Assembly: GCA_036399335.1 (NCBI GenBank)
Contig: DASWNF010000010.1
Coordinates: 4,066-68,065, forward strand
Direction of reading: 5' to 3'
Source of the DNA: Minisyncoccota bacterium
GTDB lineage: Bacteria > Patescibacteriota > Minisyncoccia > Phycocordibacterales > Phycocordibacteraceae
DNA: 64,000 bases
Positions 8,051-19,484 of this stretch are shown here, piece after piece; position 1 is the stretch's first letter; each line of letters opens with the position of its first letter. The notes under the pieces are model-generated. The model was not told where the DNA came from. It did not search any database and saw only the letters and a list, made by a program, of their open reading frames with translations. The translations under genes and the position numbers were made by a program.

Positions 8051-10273
8051 ATGCTTAAGCGGCTTGAAATTGCCGGGTTTAAATCGTTCGCGCGGAAGAC
8101 CATCCTCGACTTCTCGAATGCGACGACCGCCATCGTCGGTCCGAACGGGTCGGGGAAGAGTAATGTCGCGGAGTCTTTCCGTTTCGCACTCGGCGAACAG
8201 TCCATGAAATCGATGCGCGGAAAGCGCAGCGAAGACCTTATCTGGGCGGGCTCCCACACGTCGCCGCGTTCAAACCGCGCTTCGGTCACGATCGTCTTCG
8301 ATAACACGCGCCGCATTTTCCCGCGGCTCGACTTCGACGAGGTGACAATTGAGCGCGCGGTCTTCCGCGATGGCGCGAGCGAGTACGCCATAAATGGTTC
8401 GAAGGTACGGCTCCGAGACGTCCAGGAGCTTCTTGCGTCCGCAAACATCGGCGAGACGGGGCACCATATCATTTCCCAGGGAGAGGCCGACCGCATACTC
8501 CTTTCGCATCCGCGTGAGCGCCGCGCCATGCTCGAGGACGCGCTCGGCCTCAAGGTCTTTGAGTTCAGGAAGCAGGAAGCGGAGCGGAAGCTCGAGAAGA
8601 CGGAGGAGAATGTCCGCGAGGTAGAGGGGCTCCGCCGTGAACTTGCCCCCCACATCCGCTTCCTCAAGAAGCAGGTCGAGCGCATCGAGCGCGCGGAAGG
8701 CCTCCGCCATGAACTCGTCGACGCCTCGCGCAAGTACTTCGCCATCGAGGAATTGTATATACGCACCGAACGCACGCGCGCCGAAGAGGAGCGGAAGGGG
8801 ACTGCGGTACGGCTTGCAGTCGCGTCGGGCGAGCTCACCGCCTTTGACGAGCGCACGACCAACGATGTCGAGGGTGCCAAATTCGCCGAACGGATCCGTC
8901 AGGCCGAGCGCGAGCTCGAACGTCTCACGAACGAGCGCTCCTCGCTTTCCCGCGACATGGGACGGAATGAGGGCGCGCTCGAAAGCGCAAAGAAGCGGAG
9001 CCTCCAGGTCGCGCACGACCCGTACGTAAAGGTGCCGCGCGAGGACTTCCTCACGCTTCGCGATGAAGTCGAGAAGCAGTCCGCGCTTGAGGCGCATGCG
9101 CCGGCAACGACCCTCCATGCCGCCCTCCAGGCGCTGAGGACTACGGTCCAGGCCTTCTTCGAGCGCTTCGCGCTGCCGAACGACGACTACCTCGCCGAGG
9201 AAGAGCACCAGGTGCATGTGCTTGAGAACGAGCGTACCGGGCTCCTGGCCCGCGAACGCGAGCTCGACGAATCCATCAGCAAGACACGCGTCGAGCTCGC
9301 GCACGCCCGCGAGGCGTCCATGGCGTACGACGAGACCGGACGCGAGGAGCGCCACCGCATCCTCCGGCTTGCCGAGGAGAAAGCGCGCGAAGAAGGCGCG
9401 CTTGCGCGCCTCGACGGGCGCCTGCGCGAGCTCGAACTCCTCCACGAGGAATGCGAACGCGAACGCCGCGAGACCGTCGCGCTCGCGGGCACTGCGGCGC
9501 TTTCCTTCGAGACGCTTACCGAATTGCCTGCAGAAGAGCGCCGGACGCAGGAGGAGCGCAAGCGCCAGCTCGAACGCCTCAAGATCCGTGTCGAGGAAGC
9601 CGGCGGGGGCGGGGAGGACGTAAAGAAAGAATACGAGGACTCGGTCGCGCGCGATGAGTTCCTCGCGCGCGAGCTTGAGGACCTCGCTAAGTCTGCAGAA
9701 GGGCTCCGCGGCCTTATCGGCGACCTCGAAACCGAACTCGCGAAGACCTTCTCCGAAGGCCTTGCAAAGGTGAACACTTCTTTCAGCGAGTACTTCGGCC
9801 TTATGTTCGGGGGCGGGTCGGCAAAGCTCGTGCTCGAAGAGTTCGCCGCCGTCGAAGCCGAGGACGAATTTGAAGACTCGCTTGACGATGAGCCGCAGGC
9901 AGCGCCGAAGAAGGGGAAGCCGGGTATCGAAATTTCAGTAAACCTGCCGAAGAAGCGCGTGCAGTCGCTCATGCAGCTTTCGGGCGGGGAGCGCGCGCTC
10001 ACGTCCATCGCCCTTATCTTTGCCATGAGCCAGGTGAACCCACCGCCGTTCCTTATACTCGACGAGACCGATGCCGCGCTCGACGAAGCGAACAGCCGCC
10101 GTTATGGCGACCTCATCGCCGAGCTCTCAAAGAAATCACAGCTTATCGTCATCACCCACAACCGCGAGACCATGAGCCGCGCTGGCATCCTCTACGGCGT
10201 CACGATGGGGAATGACGGCATCTCGAAGCTCCTGTCCATTAAGTTCGACGAAGCCGTTGCAGTGGCAAAATAG
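8051..10273 (+). CDS. smc: SMC-family chromosome segregation ATPase (short form, 740 aa)
   Basis: N-terminus MLKRLEIAGFKSFARKTILDF..AIVGPNGSGKSN (Walker A); C-terminal LSGGERALTSIALIFAM...LILDETDAALDEAN (signature/Walker B); long coiled-coil E/R-rich middle; much shorter than a canonical ~1180-aa SMC. Confidence 0.75.
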   Translation: MLKRLEIAGFKSFARKTILDFSNATTAIVGPNGSGKSNVAESFRFALGEQSMKSMRGKRSEDLIWAGSHTSPRSNRASVTIVFDNTRRIFPRLDFDEVTIERAVFRDGASEYAINGSKVRLRDVQELLASANIGETGHHIISQGEADRILLSHPRERRAMLEDALGLKVFEFRKQEAERKLEKTEENVREVEGLRRELAPHIRFLKKQVERIERAEGLRHELVDASRKYFAIEELYIRTERTRAEEERKGTAVRLAVASGELTAFDERTTNDVEGAKFAERIRQAERELERLTNERSSLSRDMGRNEGALESAKKRSLQVAHDPYVKVPREDFLTLRDEVEKQSALEAHAPATTLHAALQALRTTVQAFFERFALPNDDYLAEEEHQVHVLENERTGLLARERELDESISKTRVELAHAREASMAYDETGREERHRILRLAEEKAREEGALARLDGRLRELELLHEECERERRETVALAGTAALSFETLTELPAEERRTQEERKRQLERLKIRVEEAGGGGEDVKKEYEDSVARDEFLARELEDLAKSAEGLRGLIGDLETELAKTFSEGLAKVNTSFSEYFGLMFGGGSAKLVLEEFAAVEAEDEFEDSLDDEPQAAPKKGKPGIEISVNLPKKRVQSLMQLSGGERALTSIALIFAMSQVNPPPFLILDETDAALDEANSRRYGDLIAELSKKSQLIVITHNRETMSRAGILYGVTMGNDGISKLLSIKFDEAVAVAK

Positions 10274-10523
10274 GGGCTTAGGAGTAGCACCAGAAGTCGG
10301 TATGGTCCTGTTCGTCTAAGTCGGCGAGGGGATTACCGCCGAGCTGGTATGGCCCTTGGTGCCCGGGTTTCGTGCCAGGTACGTCGTCTGGATGCACATC
10401 GCGCTGGAGGTAGGCATCCGTAATAGGGCCCGGCTGCTCAATGATAGGCTCGTTCAGGTTCTGGTCTTGGTTCAGGCTCTCATCCATACCTTAATGGGGT
10501 CATAAGCACCCTTAATATTTGAT

Positions 10524-10568
10524 GAAAAAATACCCTCCCCACAAACAGGTGTGGGAGGGTGTTTCTTA
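10524..10568. terminator. Bidirectional rho-independent terminator between convergent smc and rnr
   Basis: AAAAAAT-ACCCTCCCCACA-aacag-GTGTGGGAGGGT-GTTTCTT. Confidence 0.65.
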
Positions 10569-10589
10569 AATCTCATGGGTCGGTTCCGT

Positions 10590-12566
10590 TTACTTCTCTA
10601 CGACGGCGAAGTCGAGTTCCTTTTCCGCGACACGCGCCGCAAGAAGCTTCACCCGAACCGGGTCGCCGAGCGCGTACTGCTTCTTCGTGCGCTCGCCGAC
10701 GAGCCGGTACCGCTTCTCGTCGTACGAGAAGTAGTCGTTGCCGATGTCGCGCATGCGCGCCATGCCTTCTGCCCGGGTCTCCTTCAGTTCCACGTACATG
10801 CCCCGGTCGGATACGCCCGAGATGACGGCGTCAAACTCTTCGCCGATACGGCCCTCAAGGTACTCGACCTGCTTCATCTTGATTGAGTCGCGCTCGGCTT
10901 CGGTCGCCGATACCTCGCGTTCGTTCGAGTGGAGCAGGAGCTCGTCGAAGGCGGCGAACTCCTCATCGCTCATCGGCTCGTGCTCTGCAAAGTGCTTCAC
11001 CATGCGGTGCACGAGAAGGTCGGGGTAGCGGCGGATAGGCGAGGTGAAGTGGGTGTAGAAGGAGAAGGCGAGGCCGAAATGGCCGATGTTCTTCGTGGTG
11101 TAGGCAGCTCGTGCCATTGAGCGTAGCGTCGCGACCTTGATGAGGTACTCTTCGGGTTTGCCTTTCACCTGGTCGAGGAGCGCGTTAATGTCCGCACCCT
11201 TTACCTTGCCGCCGTGGGTCTCGAGCGTATACCCGAGGACCTTCAAGAATTCGGAGAGGTTCGCGATGCGATCAGCATCGGGCACGTCGTGGGCGCGGTA
11301 GATAGACTCCATCTTCGTACCCTTCACTTTCTCAGCCAAGTACTCGGCAACGGCTTCGTTCGCGAGGAGCATGAAATCCTCGATGAGGAGCATGGTCGCG
11401 ACGCGTTCCTTGATGTGTACGTTAATTGGCTTGCCCGCTTCATCGAGCTCGATCTTCACCTCAGGAGTGTCAAATGCGATGGCACCGGCGTTCTCACGGC
11501 GCGCCCGACGCTTTTTGGAAAGCTCTTGGAGGAGCGTAAGTTCCTTCAGGAACGGGCCTTCGTTCTTATCGAGTACTTCCTGTGCGTTCTCGTAGGTAAA
11601 TCGCTTATCCGAGTGGATGACCGTCTCGCCGAACCACCGATTTACGATACCTCCCTGTGAATCGAGCTCGAATACCGCGGCGACCGCGAGGCGGTCCTCG
11701 TTCGGGTTAAGCGAACAGAGGTCGGTTGAAAGCACCTCGGGGAGCATGGGAATCGTACGGTCGACGAGATAGACGGAGGTCGCACGGTCGCGCGCCTCGT
11801 CGTCGATCGAGGTCCCGGGGCGTACGAAGAAGGATACGTCGGCGATGTGGATACCGACTTCGACATTCCCGTTCTCAAGCTCGCGTACGGAAAGGGAGTC
11901 GTCGAAGTCCTTCGCCGTGAACGGGTCGATGGTGAAGGTGGTAATGCCACGGAAGTCGCGGCGACGGCCGTCCTTGATGCCTGCCTCGGCCTCTTCCATG
12001 AGCATGCGCGTGCCGTTTTCCTCGAGCTCGCGCGCTTCGTGTACGACGCCCGGTGGGAAGTCGCTCCGGAAGCCCGAGCCGAGCGCGAGTGCGCGCATCT
12101 CGGTTTCGTGGACTCCGGCCGGACCGATTATCTCCTCGAGGGTAGCGACCGGGAAGTGCGCCTCGGGCGGCCAATCGACGAGTCGCACGGCTACCTTCTG
12201 CCCGTGCGGGAGGGACTCGCCGCGCACGAGGAAGGGTACGTACATCTTCTTCCAATCGGGGATGAGATACGTCTCGGCGGGATTCTGGTTAATCTCATTG
12301 CCGGGCACGAGGGTCCCGACGAACGTCGTGCGGCTGCGGCGGACGATCTTCACGACCTTGCCTTGGGGACGGCGCTCGCGGGTGCGCGGGTCGGGAGCCG
12401 AAAGGCCTGCCGGGTCGACCTTCACGATGTCGCCCGAAAAGGCGCCACCGAGGTTTTCGCCGGGGATGAAAAGATCATCCTTTTCAGGGTCGATCGAGAA
12501 GAATCCCTTGCCCGTGCGGGTAATGACGATGGGGCCTTCGTAGGTCCCCGGAGTTGGTGCGTTCAT
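10590..12566 (-). CDS. rnr: Ribonuclease R (RNB family 3'-5' exoribonuclease, VacB)
   Basis: N-terminal OB/cold-shock region, RNB catalytic domain, C-terminal S1; 658 aa. Confidence 0.85.
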   Translation of the reverse strand: MNAPTPGTYEGPIVITRTGKGFFSIDPEKDDLFIPGENLGGAFSGDIVKVDPAGLSAPDPRTRERRPQGKVVKIVRRSRTTFVGTLVPGNEINQNPAETYLIPDWKKMYVPFLVRGESLPHGQKVAVRLVDWPPEAHFPVATLEEIIGPAGVHETEMRALALGSGFRSDFPPGVVHEARELEENGTRMLMEEAEAGIKDGRRRDFRGITTFTIDPFTAKDFDDSLSVRELENGNVEVGIHIADVSFFVRPGTSIDDEARDRATSVYLVDRTIPMLPEVLSTDLCSLNPNEDRLAVAAVFELDSQGGIVNRWFGETVIHSDKRFTYENAQEVLDKNEGPFLKELTLLQELSKKRRARRENAGAIAFDTPEVKIELDEAGKPINVHIKERVATMLLIEDFMLLANEAVAEYLAEKVKGTKMESIYRAHDVPDADRIANLSEFLKVLGYTLETHGGKVKGADINALLDQVKGKPEEYLIKVATLRSMARAAYTTKNIGHFGLAFSFYTHFTSPIRRYPDLLVHRMVKHFAEHEPMSDEEFAAFDELLLHSNEREVSATEAERDSIKMKQVEYLEGRIGEEFDAVISGVSDRGMYVELKETRAEGMARMRDIGNDYFSYDEKRYRLVGERTKKQYALGDPVRVKLLAARVAEKELDFAVVEK

Positions 12567-12663
12567 GAAAAGACTTTACCAGATAAAGATGTATGTGCTA
12601 TTAATATGGGGTGCCAGTTCGTAGGGCACGCATCCTCCCTAGCAGCCCGTTTGGGCCACCTCG

Positions 12664-12698
12664 GGCCGGTTCCCACAAGGAACCGGCCCATTTTTTTA
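12664..12698 (+). terminator. Terminator/attenuator-like hairpin in the rpsP 5' leader (possibly the 3' end of a small RNA)
   Basis: GGGCCGGTTCC-caca-AGGAACCGGCCC followed by ATTTTTTTATT; located between divergent rnr and rpsP. Confidence 0.45.
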
Positions 12699-12811
12699 TT
12701 ACGAACCTCAACTCGATTGCGGCAAGCGCCTTGTGGGGCCTTACATAGGCCTGCCGTGGCTCGCTGTATTTTTTGACCAAACAGCTTAGCTCTGGTACGC
12801 TCTCTTTCATT

Positions 12812-13303
12812 ATGTTGATGATCCGATTTCAGCGCATTGGCCGCAAGAACGACCCGGCCTTTCGCATCGTCGTGCTCGAGAAGTCGTCCGGCCCTAAGGC
12901 GGGCTCATACGTCGACCTCGTCGGTACGTATAACCCGAAGACGAAGGCCGTTACCCTTAAGCCGGAGAATATCCGTACGTGGATAGGGAAGGGCGCGCAG
13001 GTATCCCCTTCGCTCCACAACCTGCTCGTAAAGGAAGGCGTGCTCGAGGGTGCTAAGAAGGGCGTCATCTCGAAGAAGAACCTCGAGAAGAACAAGCCCG
13101 CACCCGAAGCCGCACCGGCAGAGGCAGCTCCTGAGGCTCCAGCAGAAGCCGCAGCTCCTGCAGCCGACGAAGTGACCGTTGAGGCGCCGGCCGAGATGGA
13201 AGCCGCAGTTGAGGCAGAGGCAGAGCCCGCTCCCGAGGAGCCTGCAGCCGAAGCAGCCCCTGAGGCCGCTCCAGAAGCAGCTCCCGAAGAAGCGAAGGCC
13301 TAG
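12812..13303 (+). CDS. rpsP: 30S ribosomal protein S16 with an Ala/Pro/Glu-rich C-terminal tail
   Basis: MIRFQRIGRKNDPAFRIVVLEKSSGPKAGSYVDLVGTYNP matches the S16 N-terminus; the C-terminal ~80 aa is a PEAAPAEAAPE low-complexity tail. Confidence 0.85.
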   Translation: MLMIRFQRIGRKNDPAFRIVVLEKSSGPKAGSYVDLVGTYNPKTKAVTLKPENIRTWIGKGAQVSPSLHNLLVKEGVLEGAKKGVISKKNLEKNKPAPEAAPAEAAPEAPAEAAAPAADEVTVEAPAEMEAAVEAEAEPAPEEPAAEAAPEAAPEAAPEEAKA

Positions 13304-13380
13304 CGTCTTCACGCTTCCCACAAGGAAGCTCATGTACCCTGTATTCTGACTACCCCTTATCCTTTTAACTCTGACACGCC

Positions 13381-13683
13381 ATGGACCAGGACCACGCTTT
13401 CCTCGACTACACCGTAAAGGCACTTGTTGATACTCCGGACGCCGTCGTTATCACCCGTTCGGTTGATGAGATGGGCGTACTCCTCACCCTTACCGTTGCC
13501 CCTGACGACATGGGCAAGATAATCGGCCGCGACGGCAATATCGCCAAAGCCCTCCGCACGCTCCTGCGCGTGGTTGGCATGAAGCACAATGCCCGCGTGA
13601 ACCTGAAAATCAACGAACCCGTTGGCGGCAAGCGTATCCGCGACGACAAGTCGCTTGATGAGGCGCTCGACGGCGTCGCCTAG
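13381..13683 (+). CDS. KH-domain RNA-binding protein (YlqC-like)
   Basis: GKIIGRDGNIAKALRTLL KH motif; conserved position between rpsP and trmD. Confidence 0.75.
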   Translation: MDQDHAFLDYTVKALVDTPDAVVITRSVDEMGVLLTLTVAPDDMGKIIGRDGNIAKALRTLLRVVGMKHNARVNLKINEPVGGKRIRDDKSLDEALDGVA

Positions 13684-13770
13684 CTTCCGCGGTTAAAGCC
13701 GGCCGAACGGTTCTGCTGCTTCGTTGGGAAGAGGCGTTCCCGGCCGGCTTTCGCGTACTACACTTAGGAC

Positions 13771-14442
13771 ATGATCCGCTTTCATTTGATTACTCTCTTC
13801 CCAGAAGCTTGCGACGCGTACCTGAACGCGTCGATCTTGGGGCGCGCACGAAAGAACAAGAAGATCCGCGTCGACTACCAGTCGCCGCGGGATTACGTGA
13901 CTAACCGTTGGGGAAAGGTGGACGAGCGCCCGTACGGCGGCGGCCCCGGCATGGTCATGACGGCGCTCCCGGTCATTAAGGCCGTAAAGAAATCACTCGC
14001 GCGCAGGAAGGACAAGAAGGTCGCCATCGCTTGGTTCCTGCCGGGAGGCAAGGAGTTTACGAACAAGGACGCCGACACGCTGGGCACCTACGACGATGTC
14101 GTGCTTATCTGCGGGCGGTACGAGGGCATCGACGAGCGTGCCGTGAAGGCGGTAGCGACCATGGGTAAGGTGATGAAGTTTGCCGTGGGGAAGGCGACCT
14201 ATACGGGAGGCGAAGTACCGGCCATGGCCATCGTCGACGCCGTTACGCGACGCTTACCTGGCGTGCTTGGCTCGGACGAGTCCGTCGAAGAACGAAGGAC
14301 TGCCGCACGCGAGGTGTACACGCGCCCTGATACGATCGAGTGGGAAGGGAAGGCGTACAGGATCCCGAAGGTGCTCGCTACGGGCGACCACAAGAAGATT
14401 GAAGCGTGGAAGAGCAAGAAGCCTTCGCGCAAGATCGCCTAG
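13771..14442 (+). CDS. trmD: tRNA (guanine37-N1)-methyltransferase
   Basis: MIRFHLITLFPE...GGGPGMVM..CGRYEGIDER TrmD/SPOUT signature; no rimM or rplS neighbours in this window. Confidence 0.85.
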   Translation: MIRFHLITLFPEACDAYLNASILGRARKNKKIRVDYQSPRDYVTNRWGKVDERPYGGGPGMVMTALPVIKAVKKSLARRKDKKVAIAWFLPGGKEFTNKDADTLGTYDDVVLICGRYEGIDERAVKAVATMGKVMKFAVGKATYTGGEVPAMAIVDAVTRRLPGVLGSDESVEERRTAAREVYTRPDTIEWEGKAYRIPKVLATGDHKKIEAWKSKKPSRKIA

Positions 14443-14535
14443 TTACGCACCCGCACCTGTTGCCGTGCGCCCAAACGGTGCAATACTTCACCTCGGAGCG
14501 ATGCATACGTCATCGACAAAGAGGAGGGGATCCAG

Positions 14536-14643
14536 ATGCATTCGTCCGATAATTCCAAAACCAGCGGCAAGCCTCAAACCTGGCCTTCTCAAATGTGGGA
14601 AGCCCTGTGCGCGATGTACAGTGCGGCCTGGAAAATTCGGTAA
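14536..14643 (+). CDS. Possible 35-aa small protein
   Basis: Strong AGGAGGGG SD 8 nt upstream of the ATG; MHSSDNSKTSGKPQTWPSQMWEALCAMYSAAWKIR; hairpin downstream at about 14686-14712; too short to appear in the ORF track. Confidence 0.25.
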   Translation: MHSSDNSKTSGKPQTWPSQMWEALCAMYSAAWKIR

Positions 14644-14796
14644 CCGGAGGCCTCACCGCCTACGGATTTCGCCTAGCGGCAAAAGTGAGGGCGGCTCAGC
14701 GAGCCGCCCTTTGTACTATTGCCCCTTGGCGTTTTTGTTATCAAATGCAATACTCGTGACGGATTCGGCACATAAGTGCCGGGCAGGGAGGATGAC

Positions 14797-15318
14797 ATGG
14801 ATATCATGAAGTTGCTTAAGTTGCTCTTCTCGGTTGGCGGTATCGGCACGGCGGCTTTCTTGGCCGGCAGCCGCCTCGGACTTGATCCGGGCTCCATTGC
14901 ATCGGGGTACCTGGGTCTCGGCGTACTCGCCGGCATGGTCCTCCTCTATACGGGGGGCGACACGGAGGAAGACCGGGACGCGCATCGGGCTGGGGGCGTC
15001 CTCTGCCTCGGCTTTGGCCTCGGGTGCGTGATGAACGACGCTGTTTTCCTGCTCGTATGCCAGATCGCCGCAAGCTACGTTGCGCTCTGGCTCATCGCGC
15101 GGAAGTACGCGACGTTCCGGGAGATCTCGCTCCGACAGGTCACGGCCACCGCGGTCGCGCTCTTTGCGATGACCGCGCCGGTCCGCCTGCTTTCGCAGCC
15201 GGACGCGGGCGAGGGGCTCGATATCCTCGTCGCGCTCGGCATCGCCTTCCTTGGTGCCGGCATCGCCTATGCCGTCGCCACCCTGCGCTGGGAAAACGGC
15301 CGCGTCGTCGTCTTCTGA
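14797..15318 (+). CDS. Integral membrane protein (hypothetical)
   Basis: GGGAGG SD 6 nt upstream of the ATG at 14797; multiple TM helices; terminator downstream. Confidence 0.55.
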   Translation: MDIMKLLKLLFSVGGIGTAAFLAGSRLGLDPGSIASGYLGLGVLAGMVLLYTGGDTEEDRDAHRAGGVLCLGFGLGCVMNDAVFLLVCQIAASYVALWLIARKYATFREISLRQVTATAVALFAMTAPVRLLSQPDAGEGLDILVALGIAFLGAGIAYAVATLRWENGRVVVF

Positions 15319-15342
15319 ATTGAAGCGCATCTATGTGATGCA

Positions 15343-15378
15343 GAGGGCGGGTCCATGCGGACCCGCCCTCTTTTATTT
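15343..15378 (+). terminator. Rho-independent terminator
   Basis: GAGGGCGGGTCC-atgc-GGACCCGCCCTC-TTTTATTT. Confidence 0.7.
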
Positions 15379-15441
15379 ACGCTAACTCATGGTCGTGGCA
15401 TACTCCCGCCAGAGGTCACACCAACCTAAAGGGGATGGACA

Positions 15442-15987
15442 ATGCTTAAGCAGTTAAGTCTTATGGCGCTGTTCTCCCTCATAGGGATGGCAGGCTACTT
15501 GTTATACGCGGGACCCGCGAGCGTGTACGCGCAGGTTGATGCCGAGACGTACGTCCGGATCGTGAGCTTCGGCGGAATTTTCCTCACGCTTCTCTTCGCG
15601 CTCGGATTCCTCAACTTCGCGCGTCCCAACGCCACCGAGATGTGGGTGAGCCTCACGCTCGGCGGCGCCCAGGCCGTATCGCTCCACCCGGATCTCTTCA
15701 TGGTTCCCGGAGCTGTCGAGGTGTTCTTCGCGCTCGTCGCCATCCTCGCGGATCGAGCGTTACGTCCCTTCAGGCGTCCGCACCGCAGGCCCGTGTTCCG
15801 AGGATCATACCTTGTCGGGTATTGGCTTGCGCTCTGGGGCACGACGTATCCGCTCCGTCACGTCCCGTTCCTTTCGCTGCCCTATACGGCCGAGCTCCTC
15901 GAGACGTGCATCGTGTGGGCAGGGAGCGTCATGGCTGCGGCCATATTCGGCCTACAGCTCAAGCATGGCAGGAATGGCAGGAGATGA
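15442..15987 (+). CDS. Integral membrane protein (hypothetical)
   Basis: GGGGA SD; about 5 predicted TM helices. Confidence 0.5.
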   Translation: MLKQLSLMALFSLIGMAGYLLYAGPASVYAQVDAETYVRIVSFGGIFLTLLFALGFLNFARPNATEMWVSLTLGGAQAVSLHPDLFMVPGAVEVFFALVAILADRALRPFRRPHRRPVFRGSYLVGYWLALWGTTYPLRHVPFLSLPYTAELLETCIVWAGSVMAAAIFGLQLKHGRNGRR

Positions 15988-16296
15988 ACTAGTCTCTTTA
16001 GAATTGATACGTGCGCTAATCCAGGCGGCCTTAGGAAAGGCCGCCTGTCTCTTTTCCACACGTTCTACACATATTCTCCCCAGCGCGCCCGTGCACCAGC
16101 TTGACGGGGGTACGGGCGGGGCATAGACTGGGATTAACCAGAAAAGATTGAGTGAAGGGGGACACTCTGGCAGGGAAGGGCGAACATCTAAGGGCGACAA
16201 CATTTACTAAGCGTCTCGGAAAACGAGGACGCGGCTCCTGCGTGTAGGAGTCCTTTTCGCGTTTTCTTAGAATTTTTCTATTAATCGACCATCTAC

Positions 16297-19473
<3,177 letters not shown>

Positions 19474-19484
19474 CCTTTTCGACT

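Noticed and set aside
10278-10487. 69-aa acidic minus-strand ORF between convergent smc and rnr
   Set aside because: It has no convincing RBS and a low-complexity D/E/Q/P-rich sequence. The gap is better explained by the two gene 3' ends plus a bidirectional terminator. It is kept only as a weak possibility.
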